A stretch of 64,000 bases of DNA from Octopus sinensis (lineage: Eukaryota). Below are positions 61,310 through 64,000 of this stretch, one piece after another. The position numbers and the translations under genes were made by a program. The stretch spans positions 64,554,464-64,618,463 of the forward strand of contig NC_043011.1 of assembly GCF_006345805.1 (NCBI RefSeq). The letters run 5' to 3'. Positions within the stretch are counted from its first letter, which is position 1; each line of letters opens with the position of its first letter. A model generated the notes under the pieces. It did no database searches. It saw only the letters and a program-made list of their open reading frames with translations, and had not been told where the DNA came from.

Positions 61310-61700
61310 GCCACAGTACCTTCTGTTTATGAGTATGGTTTTAATGAATACCATTAGAGTAACACAGCTAAAATATCACATCGCGTTTCGGCTAATACTG
61401 CCTATGATCTCACAATAAAGCAGAGAAATATCACTTTAATAATACTTGCACTGACGATTAGAACTTCGCCTTTGTAAGACTGATGGTAAATAAATTTAAA
61501 ACGAATCCTAATTAACTGTGCAATATCATGGCGGATCTTAATGCAAATTTGTGAAAACGATCCAGCAGGCAATAAAATACGAATTCGTTACTCAAACTTT
61601 CGTATAATTATTGTTACATTTTATGTGTCCATACATGTCGCATATCACTGCAAAGCGCGTGCACAAACACATACACACACACTCATATTCATATATATAT

Positions 61701-61925
<225 letters not shown>

Positions 61926-62154
61926 CTATATATATATAATTTATATAATATATATACATATATATGTAATATGTATTATATATATATATAATATACATAT
62001 ATATATATATATAATATATATATAATATAGATATATATATATATATATATAATATATATAATATATATATAATATTAGGGAGTAAATCCAAACTTACAGG
62101 GAAAAATGAGATTTGCCTAATAGTGGTTTTATCTCTAAATTAATATAATATTTA

Positions 62155-62228
<74 letters not shown>

Positions 62229-62364
62229 ATAAAAAGAGGCTGTCATGCGTTGTATTCGAACTCATAACGTAACAGTAGACGTAATACCGCTAGGCATAGC
62301 TGATATTCTCGAATATATGTATAAACGCACACACATATATAATGCATATACACACACACACCCA

Positions 62365-62398
<34 letters not shown>

Positions 62399-63568
62399 AT
62401 ATATGCATATACCTGTAGGGGTTGTATGTATATATCTATATATGTATAACTATCTCTATGCGCTAGTATGTATATGTATATATTATCGTATATATCTGTT
62501 TGTTTGTGTGTGTGTAAAATTTACAGAAAACAAATCATGAAGACAAGTGTATAGACACTAGAGAGGTATATTCGTTTTAACTTCGGCAAGGCGAGGAAAT
62601 CTTTTACGTTTCGAGCCTACGTTCTTCGAGATAGTAGTTAATCAAATACATCCTCATAGACATACGTCTATAACATTATCTGCCAAAAATTCATGATGCA
62701 ATTACAATGATTAGAGAAAGTGCAATCTCATACTGATGAAAAATCTTTCAAAATCTGTGAACCGATTGTTAATAACTCCCTATGGGATACTTCATATATA
62801 TTTTTTTTATATCCAGTGAGTATTTGGGGGTTGAGTGTTTTCATTTGTCGGATTTTTAAAAGCACAGATATATTAGGGCTAATACATAATACGGAAATTG
62901 TATTTTGTAATGATATTAACCCTAAAGGGCTACGTGTATCTATACCCCAGTGTCAATTTGTTGGTATGCGCTGCTCTCTCACAATGATGGCGATGATGAT
63001 GATGATAAGGAGACAAACAAGTAGAAGATGAAGAAGAAAAGGAAGAAGAAGAAGAAGAAGAAGAAGAAGAAAAGGAAGAAGAAGAAGAAGAAGAAGAAGA
63101 AGAAGAAGAAGAAGAAGAAGAAGAAGAAGAAGAACAAGAACAAGAACAAGAACAAGAAGAACAAGAAGAACAAGAAGAATAAGAAGAAGAAAAGGAGAAG
63201 ATGAAGAATGATAATAATTATTATAAATGGGGATATCACGAGCATTTCAGTCGAAGAAACGTAAGATCTTATGGGAATGTTCAAGAAATTAGAAACGTTA
63301 TCTCTTATATATATACAAAATAAGGAAATGGAGAAATACACCTTAATCAATAATCAACTACCAGATAAGGTGTATTTCTCCATTTTCTTATTTTGTATTA
63401 TTAATTTGTGGTAAAACAATTTACCTTTGCCCATATAATACAATAAATGAATTAATTGCATCGCAATTGTTAACATTTATGTATTAACTTTGTTGGGTGC
63501 TTTCCTAGCACTATATTGTAAATATGTTATCCCATGGAGTGTTGCACTTACAACCCCTATCTCAATTC

Positions 63569-63623
<55 letters not shown>

Positions 63624-63698
63624 ATATATATTTACATTTATAAATATATATATATATATCCATATATATATATATTTGAAGAATAGAGGTATATATAT

Positions 63699-63794
<96 letters not shown>

Positions 63795-63869
63795 TTGTAT
63801 CCAATCCATGTGGAAAGCTCTCATATTAATGCTGCAAATGAAAGCACAAATATAAAAATACAAATATTC

Positions 63870-64000
63870 CCTGAATTTCTCTGCTTTACATAGCGGATAT
63901 CTACTCGTTGTGAACACCTTGCGCAACTCTTTATAATCTGCTTTCAACTGAGTTATAGTCCAAACTTTTTCAATTCTGTACTCTTGTACGTGTTCTTCCG
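63870..64000 (-). mobile_element. L1/Tx1-like RT fragment (paralog of 14230-14365)
   Basis: [18 protein letters not shown] aligns to PITQLNADY.ILGKVLTT. Confidence 0.55.

Noticed and set aside
62715-62770. HTDEKSFKICE / HTNEIPFKICE resembling a C2H2 zinc-finger linker (paralog ~13213-13250)
   Set aside because: No complete CxxC...HxxxH finger and no repeats, so it is a single weak match.

Overview
This is AT-rich eukaryotic DNA, dense in (TA)n and (AAT)n microsatellites and retroelements. The SINE and LINE families suggest a cephalopod, probably Octopus, but that is inference. None of the long ORF-track entries is a host gene: they are microsatellite artefacts or broken LINE fragments. The main result is a small spliced gene that the ORF track shows only in part. 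It is present as two tandem paralogs on the + strand. Copy B is complete: exons 27528-27570, 33920-34019, 55854-56035 and 61266-61309 splice in phase into a 122-aa secreted protein with a signal peptide and 8 Cys (MKYVLLLLLLILLQGYVAA-HFCYVTAVTICPDSMSKYPLRNPDPQYCDRLKAFMVCYMRRVSSCASKIKTSENQFWNLLRVKDSIACFEGEDSQCVSAIKEIAYKRLCGRHWDENNNIRKYD). Copy A has exons 3172-3271, 9220-9401 and 11509-11552; its signal-peptide exon should lie upstream of the window. The copies keep all 8 Cys and every splice site. By hand count they differ at 27 of 108 residues with only 3 synonymous-only codon changes, and exon 3 is more diverged than its flanking intron, which points to positive selection. Positions ~1-14.4 kb are paralogous to ~32-64 kb. 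Intron 2 of copy B has grown to ~22 kb through a same-strand chain of R4/Dong-like (REL-endonuclease) LINEs nested in (AAT)n tracts. The window also holds CR1-like, RTE and L1/Tx1 LINE fragments, three SINE families, Tigger and mariner relics, a putative solo LTR, several large inverted repeats, and a ~535-bp tandem array with splice-like sites. All alignments and counts were done by eye, so TE boundaries are approximate.
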